A DNA stretch of 64,000 nucleotides, taken from the NCBI GenBank assembly GCA_021792095.1, contig JAJYVH010000001.1, positions 317,324 to 381,323 on the forward strand. Direction: 5' to 3'. Within the stretch, counting starts at the first letter, position 1. Each line of letters begins with the position of its first letter. Made by a program: the position numbers and the translations under genes. The notes beneath the pieces are model-generated. The model was not told the origin of the DNA. It saw nothing but the letters and a program-made list of their open reading frames with translations, and searched no databases. This document shows, one piece after another, positions 16,696-25,791 of this stretch. Source of the stretch: Candidatus Micrarchaeota archaeon (lineage in GTDB: Archaea; Micrarchaeota; Micrarchaeia; Micrarchaeales; CABMGC01).

Positions 16696-19368
16696 CTACG
16701 CCTGTATCCTCGCTTCTGCGAATTTCATAGAGCCGCCCCCGTTGAACCTGATTCCCTTAAGCTTCGCGTTCATGAAATCCACCGCGCTCCTCTTAGCCGA
16801 AACGCCTGACATGCACACCACGTTGCCCTCCCTGTTGCGGAGCAGCACTGTGCTGCTCTCGTTCCTCTTGACGAGCAGGTCGGCTATCTTTATCAGCATC
16901 TTCCTGTCTACATCGAGCTCCTTCTCCACCAGCTCCTCGTCCTGTATCGCTGCAGCTATGCTTGTCACGAGCGCCTCGCTCCCCTTCGCGCCCGCCTTGC
17001 GCATCTCTGCCAGCTCCTTCTGCAGCTCTTCCACGCGTGCGGGCAACGCGTCCGCGCCCACGTTCAGGGACTTCGACATGCTGTCTATCTGGCTGTGCAT
17101 TGCCTCGAATCTCTTCAGCGCCGCAGGGCCGGCCACGAACTCTATCCTGTCTATGCCGTCGCTTATCCTGGATGTGCCCGTTATGCTCACTATGCCGAGC
17201 AGGCTCTCCCTGCCAACAGCGTGTATGCCTCCGCACGCCTCCGCGTCTATGAGATTGCCCTCCCTGTCCCTGATGGTTATTATGCGCATGCGCTTAGCCG
17301 GCACCCCGTGGCCCTGGTATATTGCAAAGCCGTACCTGCCTTCAGCCTGCCCCCTGGTCAGCTCGTCAGCGCTCACCTTTATGCCGCCGAACAGCCACGC
17401 GTTGACTGTGCCCTCTATCGCCATTACGTCGCGTTCGCTCAGCTTTTCGTAGTGCGCTATGTCTATGTGCGCCTTGTGCGCCTCCTTCTTGGCGCCCTCC
17501 TGCCAGGCGTGCTCGCCGAGCACCTTCCTCGCCGCCGCGCTTATCAGGTGGGTGGCCGTGTGGTGGGCTATTATCGCGTTCCTTCTCTCCCCATCCACTA
17601 CCGCCTCTACGGCGGCGCCCTTCTTCAGCCTGCTGTCCTTCTCGGTGAAGTGCACTATGTGATCGCCGAGCTTCTGCACGTCCACTACCCTGATCCCGTT
17701 TACTGTGCCAGTGTCGGCGGCCTGGCCCCCGCCCTCCGGGTAGAACGGGGTCCTGTCGAGCACCAGGTGCTTGCCCTTCGCGAACAGGACCTTAGCCTTA
17801 GCCCTTACCGTGAAATCGTAGTACAGCCCCTTGGTGGCAGGCAGGCCCTTCGGCAGCGCTATGCCCAATTCCTTCTGTTTCTCCTTCTCCACCAGGTCCC
17901 CTTTCACCATGTCGGTATACGTCCTTTCCGGAAGCTCCAGCTTCACTTTCTTCTCTGCCGCCACCTTTTCTATAAGCTCCGGCGTGGCGCCATTGCTTTC
18001 ATACAGTGTTCGCACCTGCTTCTCGGTCAGCGCGCCGCCCTTCTCCAGCAGGAGCTCCACTGCGCGTTTCGCGCTCTCCCTGGAATGCCTGTACCTGTCG
18101 CTCTCAACGTCCACCACCTTGGCGAAGATGTCTGTTTTCTCGGAGAGCTCAGGATACATGCGCTTGAATTCGCGCGCGACCAGGTCGCCGAGCGTCTTGA
18201 TGTCCAGCGCGAAGCCGTACTGGTCTATGAAATCGAAGGAGCGCCTCAGGAGCAGCCTCAGGTTGTAGCCGCCGCCGACGTTGGAGGGCAGCGAACCGTC
18301 AGATACGGCGAAAAGAAGCGTCCTCGTGTGGTCGAGCAGCGCGTAGGCCGCCTGCATGGGCATTACCCTCTTCCTGTACTCCTCGTGCGTCAGCTTCGCG
18401 CTCTGCAGCACCTTCCTCTCTGATTCCGACAGGTTCTTTACCTCGTCCCTGTTCAGGGCGCCTCCGTACTTGTAGACCCGCGCGAGCAGCTCCTGGTCCT
18501 GGTCGACCCTCAGCTCATCGCGTATCTTGTCGAGCGTCTCCCTGAATACCGCCTCGTACGCGTTGCTGTAGCCGGTGTAGTACCAGAGATTCTTCTCGAA
18601 CGACCAGCCTACGTCCACCACCTTGGAATTCAGCTCTGCCACCTTGCCCTTGGACAGCCCGAACTGCGTGAACACGTTGTTGACGATCTCCAGCCCCCTT
18701 GGGAACGCCTCTATGCTCGGCCCGAAGCCCGAGAAGTCGGGCATGCTCCAGACCTCCTCGTGGTAAATGACATCCTCTTCGGCGACCCCCAGAAGCTTGG
18801 TGAGCAGCTCGAAGTTAAGCGCGATGGTCCTGTCCCTCCAATAGCCCTCCTTCGGGTAGTTGAAGGCGGTCTGGTTCGCCATCATGAACGCAGTGAAATG
18901 GCCGCCCGTGACCCCGACGTTCTCGATATCGTTGAACCTCAGGCAGGGCTGCGGGACCAGAAGGGGATTGGCGCTGTACTCGAAGTTCATGACCCCATTC
19001 TCTATCCTCTGGAAGTCCTGTATGCCCGCTATTGTGAAGTAGAGGTCGGGGCGCCACCTGCTCACTACGGGATAGCGGCCTATTATCTTGTGCCCCCTGC
19101 TCCTGAAGAAATCGGAAAACTTCTCCCAGAATGCGCTGTAGCTTATCGTGCGCGGCTTTTCCCTGAAAAAGCCGTACGGTGTGTGCGCCGAATCGCCGCA
19201 ATTGTCCTTCTCCTGCATGCTCCAGAAATACATGCCGCAAATCTTGCAGCGCTGCCTCTTGAAGCCCTTCTCCTCAAAGAGCTCTGTCGAGTAGTACTCC
19301 TTCGGGTTCTTCCCGAACTCTGCGCGCAGCGCCGGCACGCTCAGTTTGCTTGGGTCTACGCTGAGCAC
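16696..19368 (-). CDS. alaS: alanyl-tRNA synthetase
   Basis: Archaeal AlaRS N-terminus YYSTELFEEKGFKRQRCKICGMYFWS, plus HHTATHL and CGGIH editing motifs. Start placed at GTG 19366-19368, 1 nt after the upstream gene's stop. The R-rich extension to 19470 overlaps that gene and was rejected. Confidence 0.9.
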   Translation of the reverse strand: MLSVDPSKLSVPALRAEFGKNPKEYYSTELFEEKGFKRQRCKICGMYFWSMQEKDNCGDSAHTPYGFFREKPRTISYSAFWEKFSDFFRSRGHKIIGRYPVVSRWRPDLYFTIAGIQDFQRIENGVMNFEYSANPLLVPQPCLRFNDIENVGVTGGHFTAFMMANQTAFNYPKEGYWRDRTIALNFELLTKLLGVAEEDVIYHEEVWSMPDFSGFGPSIEAFPRGLEIVNNVFTQFGLSKGKVAELNSKVVDVGWSFEKNLWYYTGYSNAYEAVFRETLDKIRDELRVDQDQELLARVYKYGGALNRDEVKNLSESERKVLQSAKLTHEEYRKRVMPMQAAYALLDHTRTLLFAVSDGSLPSNVGGGYNLRLLLRRSFDFIDQYGFALDIKTLGDLVAREFKRMYPELSEKTDIFAKVVDVESDRYRHSRESAKRAVELLLEKGGALTEKQVRTLYESNGATPELIEKVAAEKKVKLELPERTYTDMVKGDLVEKEKQKELGIALPKGLPATKGLYYDFTVRAKAKVLFAKGKHLVLDRTPFYPEGGGQAADTGTVNGIRVVDVQKLGDHIVHFTEKDSRLKKGAAVEAVVDGERRNAIIAHHTATHLISAAARKVLGEHAWQEGAKKEAHKAHIDIAHYEKLSERDVMAIEGTVNAWLFGGIKVSADELTRGQAEGRYGFAIYQGHGVPAKRMRIITIRDREGNLIDAEACGGIHAVGRESLLGIVSITGTSRISDGIDRIEFVAGPAALKRFEAMHSQIDSMSKSLNVGADALPARVEELQKELAEMRKAGAKGSEALVTSIAAAIQDEELVEKELDVDRKMLIKIADLLVKRNESSTVLLRNREGNVVCMSGVSAKRSAVDFMNAKLKGIRFNGGGSMKFAEARIQA

Positions 19369-19369
19369 G

Positions 19370-20251
19370 CTACCTACCCTCCCACCACGCCTTGCACTCG
19401 TTGCCGAAGAACTTGCAGAAGTTGCACTTCCATTTCTCCGCCTCCGGCACAGGCTCGGCATGGCGTTCACCCCTCCAGAAGCCCATTGCCTGCATAAGCA
19501 TTCCCTGCATCATACTTGCATCGTAATCTATTTTTATCCTGCTTATCTCCTTGCCGCTGAAGCGGTCCATGTATATTACCTCAAGCCTGTCGCTCAATCC
19601 TGGTATCTTACGGAACATCTCGAAGACCAGGCCCGAAATGGAATACGCGTCCAGGAGTTCATCCTTTACCCCCATGGCCCTGAGTTCGCGCTTGAAAGTA
19701 TCAGATATGCCGTCGTGGCCTATGCCGTACGACTTGACGAAGTTGGAGTGCCCGTATGCGCCGCTCGTTATGTCGCCGAGCAGCTTCCTGTAGAGCATTA
19801 CCTGCACGCGGTGCGGCCTGGTGTACGCCTCGCTGAGCTGCCTCCTTGCGTCGGTGGTCTTCCTCTCTATCACCACCGACCTGCCGGCCTCGACGCGCAT
19901 CTCGTCAATCTTGCCGGATATCTTGTAGCCGTTCACCGACCCGTGGACAGACAGCTCCCTGCAGACCCCCTTCTGAACCAGCGAGAGCAGCGAGCCGTAG
20001 TTCTCGTAGGATATCTTGTACATCACGTCCGCGTACGTCACAGGCTCTATCGTGAGCGGCACATAGACCTCGTTCTGGAGCATCTCGTGGAGCTGTTTGC
20101 CGCGCTCCATGTACTTGGTGTACTTCTTCCCGTACATGTAGTTGTACTCCATCTGGCGTTCGCACCAGAACTGGTTGGCGATGTCCGTAACCGAGATAGA
20201 GCTCTTCCTAAGCTTCTGGAGCACACCACCGTTCTCAGGCATCAAAAACAC
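19370..20251 (-). CDS. Cas4-like PD-(D/E)xK exonuclease with a 4-Cys cluster (DUF83/RecB-family)
   Basis: 293 aa. FWCERQ supplies the first Cys. GKIDEM...VVIERKT supplies D and ExK. The C-terminal KCNFCKFFGNEC supplies CxxCx5C. Confidence 0.7.
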   Translation of the reverse strand: MFLMPENGGVLQKLRKSSISVTDIANQFWCERQMEYNYMYGKKYTKYMERGKQLHEMLQNEVYVPLTIEPVTYADVMYKISYENYGSLLSLVQKGVCRELSVHGSVNGYKISGKIDEMRVEAGRSVVIERKTTDARRQLSEAYTRPHRVQVMLYRKLLGDITSGAYGHSNFVKSYGIGHDGISDTFKRELRAMGVKDELLDAYSISGLVFEMFRKIPGLSDRLEVIYMDRFSGKEISRIKIDYDASMMQGMLMQAMGFWRGERHAEPVPEAEKWKCNFCKFFGNECKAWWEGR

Positions 20252-20347
20252 AGCAATACAACATCAGACCGCCTATCTTTCGTCATCGCAATAGCTCGGC
20301 GATCACCTTTGTCATCACGCAGCTTTTTATTCGCCGAACATTATTAT

Positions 20348-20989
20348 ATGCATATGCGCATACTCGACGCCTACGACGCCTTCATATTCGACTGGGACGG
20401 CACTCTCGTGACTTCCACGCCGCTTGTGGCGCTCGACCAGATCAGGAAGAGGGAGGGCAGGCTGCGCCTTGCAAGGCGGCTCAAGCCGGTGAAGCCGAGC
20501 GCGCGGAGCCTCCGCAGCATGGCCGTGGCCACCGAGACGGGCAGGCTCTATTCGGCGCTAGGAGACCTCTACTGCGCGCTCTTCAAGCCGGTGCTCAAGG
20601 AGGGCAGCGACACTGCGCTCGCGTTCCTCAAAAGCAGAGGCAAGAGGGTGGCGATATTCAGCGACTCCAGGTACTACAGGCTGTTCAGGGAAGTAAGGCA
20701 GCTCAGGATCGCGGCGCGCACCGACTTCGTGCTAAGCGCGCAGTCGATAGGCTACTACAAGCCGGATCCCACGGGCCTGTTTGCCGTCGCGCGCAGGTTC
20801 AGGGTGCCCGCAAGGCGGTGCCTGTACGTCTGCGACATGGCTAGCGACGTGATAACCGCCAGGCTGGCCGGCATGGATGCATGCGCCATCGCTGACGGCA
20901 TAGATTCCGCGGGCGCACTGGAAAAGGAGAGGCCAAGGTATGCGTTCAGGGACATGCGTTCCTTTGCCGAGGCCCTGAGCCGCATATGA
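20348..20989 (+). CDS. HAD-superfamily hydrolase (phosphoglycolate phosphatase-like)
   Basis: The real start is MHMRILDAYDAFIFDWDGTL (DxDGT motif I) within the long chimeric ORF 19346-20989. It also has YKPDP and DMASDV motifs. Confidence 0.8.
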   Translation: MHMRILDAYDAFIFDWDGTLVTSTPLVALDQIRKREGRLRLARRLKPVKPSARSLRSMAVATETGRLYSALGDLYCALFKPVLKEGSDTALAFLKSRGKRVAIFSDSRYYRLFREVRQLRIAARTDFVLSAQSIGYYKPDPTGLFAVARRFRVPARRCLYVCDMASDVITARLAGMDACAIADGIDSAGALEKERPRYAFRDMRSFAEALSRI

Positions 20990-21020
20990 GCCGTACGGGC
21001 CGGGATTCGCAGGATGGGGT

Positions 21021-21611
21021 GTGACGATGCCGCTTTTGGAATACCAGGTCGTGCTCGGCGCGATGGCCGCGTTCATAGGCCTGGCAGGCTATGCGCCCTA
21101 CCTGATTAACGTAGTCAGGAGGCAGACAAAGCCGCACGCGTTCTCCTGGCTGATCTGGGGCCTGCTGCAGTCAATAGTGTTCTTCGCCTCCACTAGCAAG
21201 GGAGGAGGGGCCGGCGCCTGGGCCATAGGCGCTCCGGCGGCCCTGAACCTGCTGATCTTCGCCATCGCGCTGTTCGTAGGGGAGAAGGAGATAACACGGA
21301 TGGACAAGGCCAGCCTGGCGCTCGCGTTCCTTGGAATGGCGCTGTGGGTCGCCACTACTGATCCTGTCTGGAGCGTGATAATACTCACCGGGGTCGACGT
21401 GCTCGGCCTAGTGCCGACCCTGAGGAAGGCCTACGCCAGGCCGGGGGAGGAGTCGATAAGCGTCTTTGCGTTCAGCGCAGTGTCGTTCTTCATTTCGCTG
21501 TTCGCGGTGCAGTCGGTGAGCCTGACCACGGTGCTGTACCCCAGCGCTGTGGCGATCGGCGCCACGGTGCTTGTGGTGATGGTGCTGGCGAGGAGGAGAA
21601 TGCTGTCGTGA
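21021..21611 (+). CDS. hypothetical polytopic membrane protein
   Basis: 196-aa ORF with about 6 hydrophobic helices. Its stop codon lies inside the putative target duplication of the adjacent insertion. Confidence 0.55.
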   Translation: MTMPLLEYQVVLGAMAAFIGLAGYAPYLINVVRRQTKPHAFSWLIWGLLQSIVFFASTSKGGGAGAWAIGAPAALNLLIFAIALFVGEKEITRMDKASLALAFLGMALWVATTDPVWSVIILTGVDVLGLVPTLRKAYARPGEESISVFAFSAVSFFISLFAVQSVSLTTVLYPSAVAIGATVLVVMVLARRRMLS

Positions 21612-21624
21612 GAAGCTTTGTAGT

Positions 21625-21936
21625 TTAAATACCTATAAAACTACAGGTTGAGGAATAAAAATACATCACGCACCGACCATTTGCTTGAAGGCTTCCCAAT
21701 AGGCTCGTTCTTCCGACGCTATCCATATAGTCCTCGTCAAGGTCTCCGTTGTCTTTCAGAGGAACATAGACTTTGGCTTTCTGGAAAGTCTCCTTGTAAC
21801 ATTGCCTGCCATAAGAGTATCTCCATTTAATCTCGTTGATTGCCGACTGCATAAACAGCAGGGTAGTGAGTTTGAACTGACGTTTGGGTATGCACATCAG
21901 CACATTGTCTGTGGCTATGAAGGAAGTTATCTGCAA
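21625..21936 (-). CDS. hypothetical protein (possible gene fragment; TTG start)
   Basis: 103-aa ORF inside the AT-rich insertion. The frame stays open upstream to the stop of the preceding ORF with no ATG. No confident family. Confidence 0.35.
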   Translation of the reverse strand: MQITSFIATDNVLMCIPKRQFKLTTLLFMQSAINEIKWRYSYGRQCYKETFQKAKVYVPLKDNGDLDEDYMDSVGRTSLLGSLQANGRCVMYFYSSTCSFIGI

Positions 21937-22002
21937 GAAGGCATCGCCACTAACAGTAGAAACAGTTATCGTAAGTTTTGGATAGACCTTTGCTCTGTCT
22001 CC

Positions 22003-22317
22003 CTAATCTTCAAATATCTCTCCCACCAGCTCATCTCTTGTCGTATTGTAGGGACTACTAAAAGTGCCATTAGAAGGGTCTTTTAGTGCTGGTTCTAAAA
22101 CAGGTCTATATTTTTTGAGACAGTGTTTGCAAAGATGGAGTTCAATATGCTGTCCGTCTGCAAAATGCATATCTGCAAACAAGCCGTTCTTTCCTTTGTG
22201 TTCATCAGGCCTTCCGCATAAAGAGCATTTGTAGGTTTTCTTGAGTATTCTATCATAGAGATTGATGCTTGTGCTACCTATAGTTAATGCACCAGCTATT
22301 TCCCCAAGCAGGCTCAT
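22003..22317 (-). CDS. hypothetical small zinc-ribbon-like protein
   Basis: 104 aa with CSLCGRP...HLCKHC (CxxC...CxxC). Lies inside the AT-rich insertion. Confidence 0.45.
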   Translation of the reverse strand: MSLLGEIAGALTIGSTSINLYDRILKKTYKCSLCGRPDEHKGKNGLFADMHFADGQHIELHLCKHCLKKYRPVLEPALKDPSNGTFSSPYNTTRDELVGEIFED

Positions 22318-22413
22318 AACAACCTAAAATAAAACTACACAAAGGCTAATAAAACTATAGAAAATCAATTAAACTACAAAGCCGTCGTTAGACATAGCTT
22401 TAAATAGTGGTGA

Positions 22414-22758
22414 ATGTCTAATTCCTCTGCAGTCTTTAAAGCTGCAGAGAAGTATGAAATGTCAGACGAAGATGAAACAGGCGGATATGGAAGAAGAGGC
22501 GGAGGAGACAGGGGAGACAGAGGAGAGAGAAGGGGCATGAACCCTAACTATTTCCTTCCCAAGCCCGTGAAGGTCGGGGATGTTCTGGAGGTTACCATAG
22601 AAGGGTCTGCTTCCAGGGGAGACGGCATAGCAAAGAAGGACGGTTTCGTCATCTTTGTGAAGGGCGCGAAGCCTGGCGACAAGCTGACAGTCAGGGTGAC
22701 TGATGTCAGGACAAGGTTCGCCATAGGAGAGCCCACAAGCGAAGCCCCGAGCGCCTAG
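22414..22758 (+). CDS. TRAM domain-containing (RNA-binding OB) protein with an acidic/RG-rich N-terminus
   Basis: KPVKVGDVLEVTIEGSASRGDGIAKKDGFVIFVKGAKPGDKLTVRVTDVRTRFAIGE. A possible alternative start is at 22459. Confidence 0.8.
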   Translation: MSNSSAVFKAAEKYEMSDEDETGGYGRRGGGDRGDRGERRGMNPNYFLPKPVKVGDVLEVTIEGSASRGDGIAKKDGFVIFVKGAKPGDKLTVRVTDVRTRFAIGEPTSEAPSA

Positions 22759-22894
22759 AAAGCAGAGCACTTTTCCTTATGCGGAAAGTGGTTAGCCTTG
22801 GCTTTGCGCGCGGTTGCGTGACGCACGCGCCATGCGCGCGTTATGGCTGTGGATGACGCCTAGGCCGGGCTGCGGGCCTTGACCGCCTTTATGC

Positions 22895-24433
22895 TCAGGT
22901 GCCCGTAGCCGTGGCGTTCAGGGACGCAGACGCGCCTTCCTGCCCCTGCACAGATATCTTGTAGCTGCCGCTGGCGACAGGGGCGAGCACTATGTGCCCC
23001 TGTGCCATCTGTATTGTGCCGTTGAAGCTCAGCGTTGCAGACTGGCCTGCGCCGAGGCTCAAGCCCTGCCCCTCGAAATCGGCCTCCCCCGAAGGCACGT
23101 ACATTGTGCCGTTGCCCCGCACCAGGAATACTACCATCCTGTAGCTGTGCTGCTCGCTGCCGAACTGCTGCGTCATGTTTGCGAACTCGTTGTTTATTCG
23201 CGAAGTTATGCGCGAGGCGTTGATGTTGTTGCATATGGATGCGTTCAGCGCTATCCCCGCGTTCTCGGCTATGTCGAGCGCGTCGCTTTCGGCCCCGAAC
23301 TGGCCGGATGCGTTCACGCCCCCTCCGGCGCGCGTGCTTATGAGCAGGTTGCCGTTGTCAGTTGACGTGTTGTACTGGCCGCCCAGTGACGTGTTGCCCT
23401 CGGTCTCCGCGAAAACCTGGGGCCTGACGTGCATCATCGATCCCGATGCGCCCCCGCCTCCCGCCCTGATCATAGCGCCATTCATGTCCCCTATCTTGAT
23501 GTTTGTGTAGTTGCCCGAGTTCTCGCCTTCTGGCATGCGTATGTTTGTGTCGTTTATTATGTTGGAGGCGTTGAAGCCGCTGCCGTGGTTCAGCTGCAGG
23601 CAGAAGTTGTACATGTGGGATGCCATTGCCTGCGTGAGCTGCACCTCCCTGTCGCGTAGCGCTGTCAGGTTGAGCTTCACGCTTTCGTTGCCGAAGAGCG
23701 CCACGTTCCTGAGCACGACGCTCCTGTTGGCATTGTTCCTCACTGTTATGGAGATACTGGTCGCGTTGCCCGACGATACTGATAGCGAGGCGCCTGTTAT
23801 GCTTATGTTCGCTGCGGTGGCCTCGAGCTCAAGCCTGTGTCTTTCGGTGAGCGCCACCCTGGCCCCAAGGTTGAGCGTTGTAGAGTTGCTTGCCCCGGCC
23901 ACCACCACTCCCTTCAGCGAAGGTACCATCACGAACACTGTGCTCGTGTTTGTTATTATGCTGGCCACAACAGGCGACAGCTCCAGAAGTATGCTCGAGT
24001 TGCTGCCCAGCGTTGTGCCGCCGTTTATGTGCGCTGTTATCTGGCTGCTCGGCACAGTGACGTTGTATGTCGTGCCGTTTACTGTTATGCTCGCCGATGT
24101 GACGTTGAACCTGACAAGGTTGACGCTGGCGTTTGAAGGCACAGCGGCTGTGCCTATCGTCTGGCTCAGGTTCAGCAGTTCGAGGAGATTCACGCTTCCG
24201 GAGCCGCTTGCCTGGATCCAGCCCGAAGCGTTGTTAGCATTAGAGAGATGCACCTGCAGCGACGAGTAGTTTATTATGAGCGCATGAGTGCCGTTTGGGA
24301 CCTGGGGCGGATCGGTGGGCTGCAGTGCCAGCATGCCGCTCGCGCCGTAAGCGTGGGCCGATTCCAAATACAGGGCTGCTGCAAGTACTACTATTACCGC
24401 TATTATTCCGAGTGCTGCTATTTTGCCTACCAT
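22895..24433 (-). CDS. large exported sequon-rich surface protein (DUF4382-like N-terminal region; S-layer-like candidate)
   Basis: 512 aa with an N-terminal TM/signal and very many NxS/T sequons. It is S/T/N-rich and predicted to be beta-rich. Confidence 0.5.
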   Translation of the reverse strand: MVGKIAALGIIAVIVVLAAALYLESAHAYGASGMLALQPTDPPQVPNGTHALIINYSSLQVHLSNANNASGWIQASGSGSVNLLELLNLSQTIGTAAVPSNASVNLVRFNVTSASITVNGTTYNVTVPSSQITAHINGGTTLGSNSSILLELSPVVASIITNTSTVFVMVPSLKGVVVAGASNSTTLNLGARVALTERHRLELEATAANISITGASLSVSSGNATSISITVRNNANRSVVLRNVALFGNESVKLNLTALRDREVQLTQAMASHMYNFCLQLNHGSGFNASNIINDTNIRMPEGENSGNYTNIKIGDMNGAMIRAGGGGASGSMMHVRPQVFAETEGNTSLGGQYNTSTDNGNLLISTRAGGGVNASGQFGAESDALDIAENAGIALNASICNNINASRITSRINNEFANMTQQFGSEQHSYRMVVFLVRGNGTMYVPSGEADFEGQGLSLGAGQSATLSFNGTIQMAQGHIVLAPVASGSYKISVQGQEGASASLNATATGT

Positions 24434-24517
24434 CCGACCACCCGTGACCTTTCCGTATTGTCCTGCGGCAATTTATAAAGAGTGTGCAACGCTTAGGGTT
24501 CCTGCAGGCTAAGGAGA

Positions 24518-24603
24518 CGCTGGGTGCGAGAATCGAACTCGCGAAGGCCATTTCTAGCCAAACAGCTTAGCAGGCTGCCGCCCTGCCACTAGGCGAACCC
24601 AGC
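24518..24603 (-). tRNA. tRNA-Ser(GCT)
   Basis: Acceptor GCTGGGT/ACCCAGC, anticodon stem-loop GCAGC-CTGCTAA-GCTGT, long variable arm, T arm GCGAG-TTCGATT-CTCGC. Confidence 0.9.
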
Positions 24604-24640
24604 GCGATAACCATTGGCATGCACAAAATAAAAGTCTACG

Positions 24641-25528
24641 CTATTTGCAGGACGCCGCAAACCTGCACACTTCTTTTGCTACCCTGCCTTCCACGCCTTC
24701 GAAGCCGTGGTCTGCGCCATCTAGCACGAGTCCCTCGAACAGTTTGCTCCGCGTTGTGTTTCGCATGCGCTCTATGTAGTGCGATACGCGCTTGTGCGCA
24801 TACTGGTCGTTCGTGCCGAAGACGGCAAGAATCGGCACTGTTATGCTTCCGAACTCGGATAACCCGCCCTCGTATTCGAACAGCCTGGCTTCGACGTTCC
24901 CCAGGTCAGCGATCGAGAGAAACCTGTTCGGCGAGTAGCGCATCGACAGCTTAGTGCAGAACAGGTCGCCGTTCCCGTTTGAAGCTACAGCCTTCGCCAC
25001 CCTGACCTTTTTATTAAATTCCTTTCCCAGAGTCTTCATTTCGTCCTCGTAATCGCTCACAGGGGCGAGCAGCACTATGCCTGACACGCTCTTGTTCCTC
25101 CTTGCGTACTGGTAGTATGCCGCCTTCTGGCAGCCCGTGCTGTGGCCGCAGAGGATGAAGGAGCTGAAGCCCATGCCTTTAAGCGCCTTTATAGCGGCGT
25201 CCACGTCGAGCACAGAATCCTCGAACCTCTCCACGGCCGTGCCCCCGATGTAGTAGCTCTGCCTGCCGTCGGCGACCCGCGTTATGTTGGCGAGCACATC
25301 GTGGCCCCTGGTGTCCATGGAGAATAGCGCCATGCCTGCCTTCTTGGCGCGCTCGGCTATGACCATTGGCATAGGGCTCTCGTGGAAGTTGCCCTCCATG
25401 CCGTGCAGGAATATGATGCACCTGCTCGCCCCTTTCGGAGAGACCAGGAAACCCTCGAGCTCCAGCCCGTCGCCTGTCCTGAACTGCACAAGCTTGCCAT
25501 CTATCGGATCGTACACGTTACCACGCAT
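24641..25528 (-). CDS. alpha/beta-fold hydrolase
   Basis: GHSTG nucleophile elbow and FLHGMEGNF. Start at the internal ATG 25526-25528 (MRGNVYD); the ORF extends to 25606. Confidence 0.75.
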   Translation of the reverse strand: MRGNVYDPIDGKLVQFRTGDGLELEGFLVSPKGASRCIIFLHGMEGNFHESPMPMVIAERAKKAGMALFSMDTRGHDVLANITRVADGRQSYYIGGTAVERFEDSVLDVDAAIKALKGMGFSSFILCGHSTGCQKAAYYQYARRNKSVSGIVLLAPVSDYEDEMKTLGKEFNKKVRVAKAVASNGNGDLFCTKLSMRYSPNRFLSIADLGNVEARLFEYEGGLSEFGSITVPILAVFGTNDQYAHKRVSHYIERMRNTTRSKLFEGLVLDGADHGFEGVEGRVAKEVCRFAASCK

Positions 25529-25791
25529 GCAGCAGGAGCCCGCTTTGCCACGCGCATATGCGCAAGGTTGTCTACGCTTCTGCTCCGCCCTGTATCTACA
25601 GAGCACAGCGACATATATTTAGGGTTGCTCCTTCCGGCCTGGCCCGGTTCGTACATGATACCGCCACTGTAGGCAGGGCATCGACGCTTCGGCGCAGGTC
25701 TCGCGCACGTGCGCGCGACGCCGTTGGCATCCGGCCCGCCTGAAGGGGATTTGCGGAAAGGGAAACCCCTAGCTTCCCGCCTTCCTGCTGC
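25529..25791 (-). ncRNA. candidate signal recognition particle RNA (7S/SRP RNA)
   Basis: The minus strand of 25622-25645 reads GGGCCAGGCCGGAAGGAGCAACCC: a GGAA tetraloop with AGG/AGCA flanks, like SRP helix 8. A 9-bp terminal helix pairs GCAGCAGGA (25783-25791) with UCCUGCUGC (25529-37). Nested long-range pairing is present. A TATA-like TTCTTAAA lies ~26 nt upstream of the predicted 5' end. Confidence 0.55.

Larger units (their letters stand above)
21615..22382. mobile_element. 768-bp AT-rich insertion bounded by perfect 14-bp terminal inverted repeats
   Basis: GCTTTGTAGTTTAA (21615-21628) is the exact reverse complement of 22369-22382. These are flanked by GTCGTGAGA (21605-21613) and GTCGTTAGA (22384-22392). 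GC is low compared with the flanks. Confidence 0.6.

Noticed and set aside
17095-18423. 442-aa plus-strand ORF
   Set aside because: It lies entirely antisense to alaS, which has unmistakable AlaRS motifs. Its R/H/L/V-rich composition is typical of the shadow frame of a GC-rich gene.
19369-19470. 34-codon N-terminal extension of alaS (MNAMPSLCRRRRNG...)
   Set aside because: It overlaps the 3' end of the Cas4-like gene and is R/S-rich. The conserved AlaRS N-terminus begins just after GTG 19366-19368.
19346-20347. First ~334 codons of the 547-aa ORF 19346-20989
   Set aside because: This part is antisense to the Cas4-like gene. Only the last 213 codons, starting at MHMRILD...DWDGTL, form a credible HAD hydrolase.
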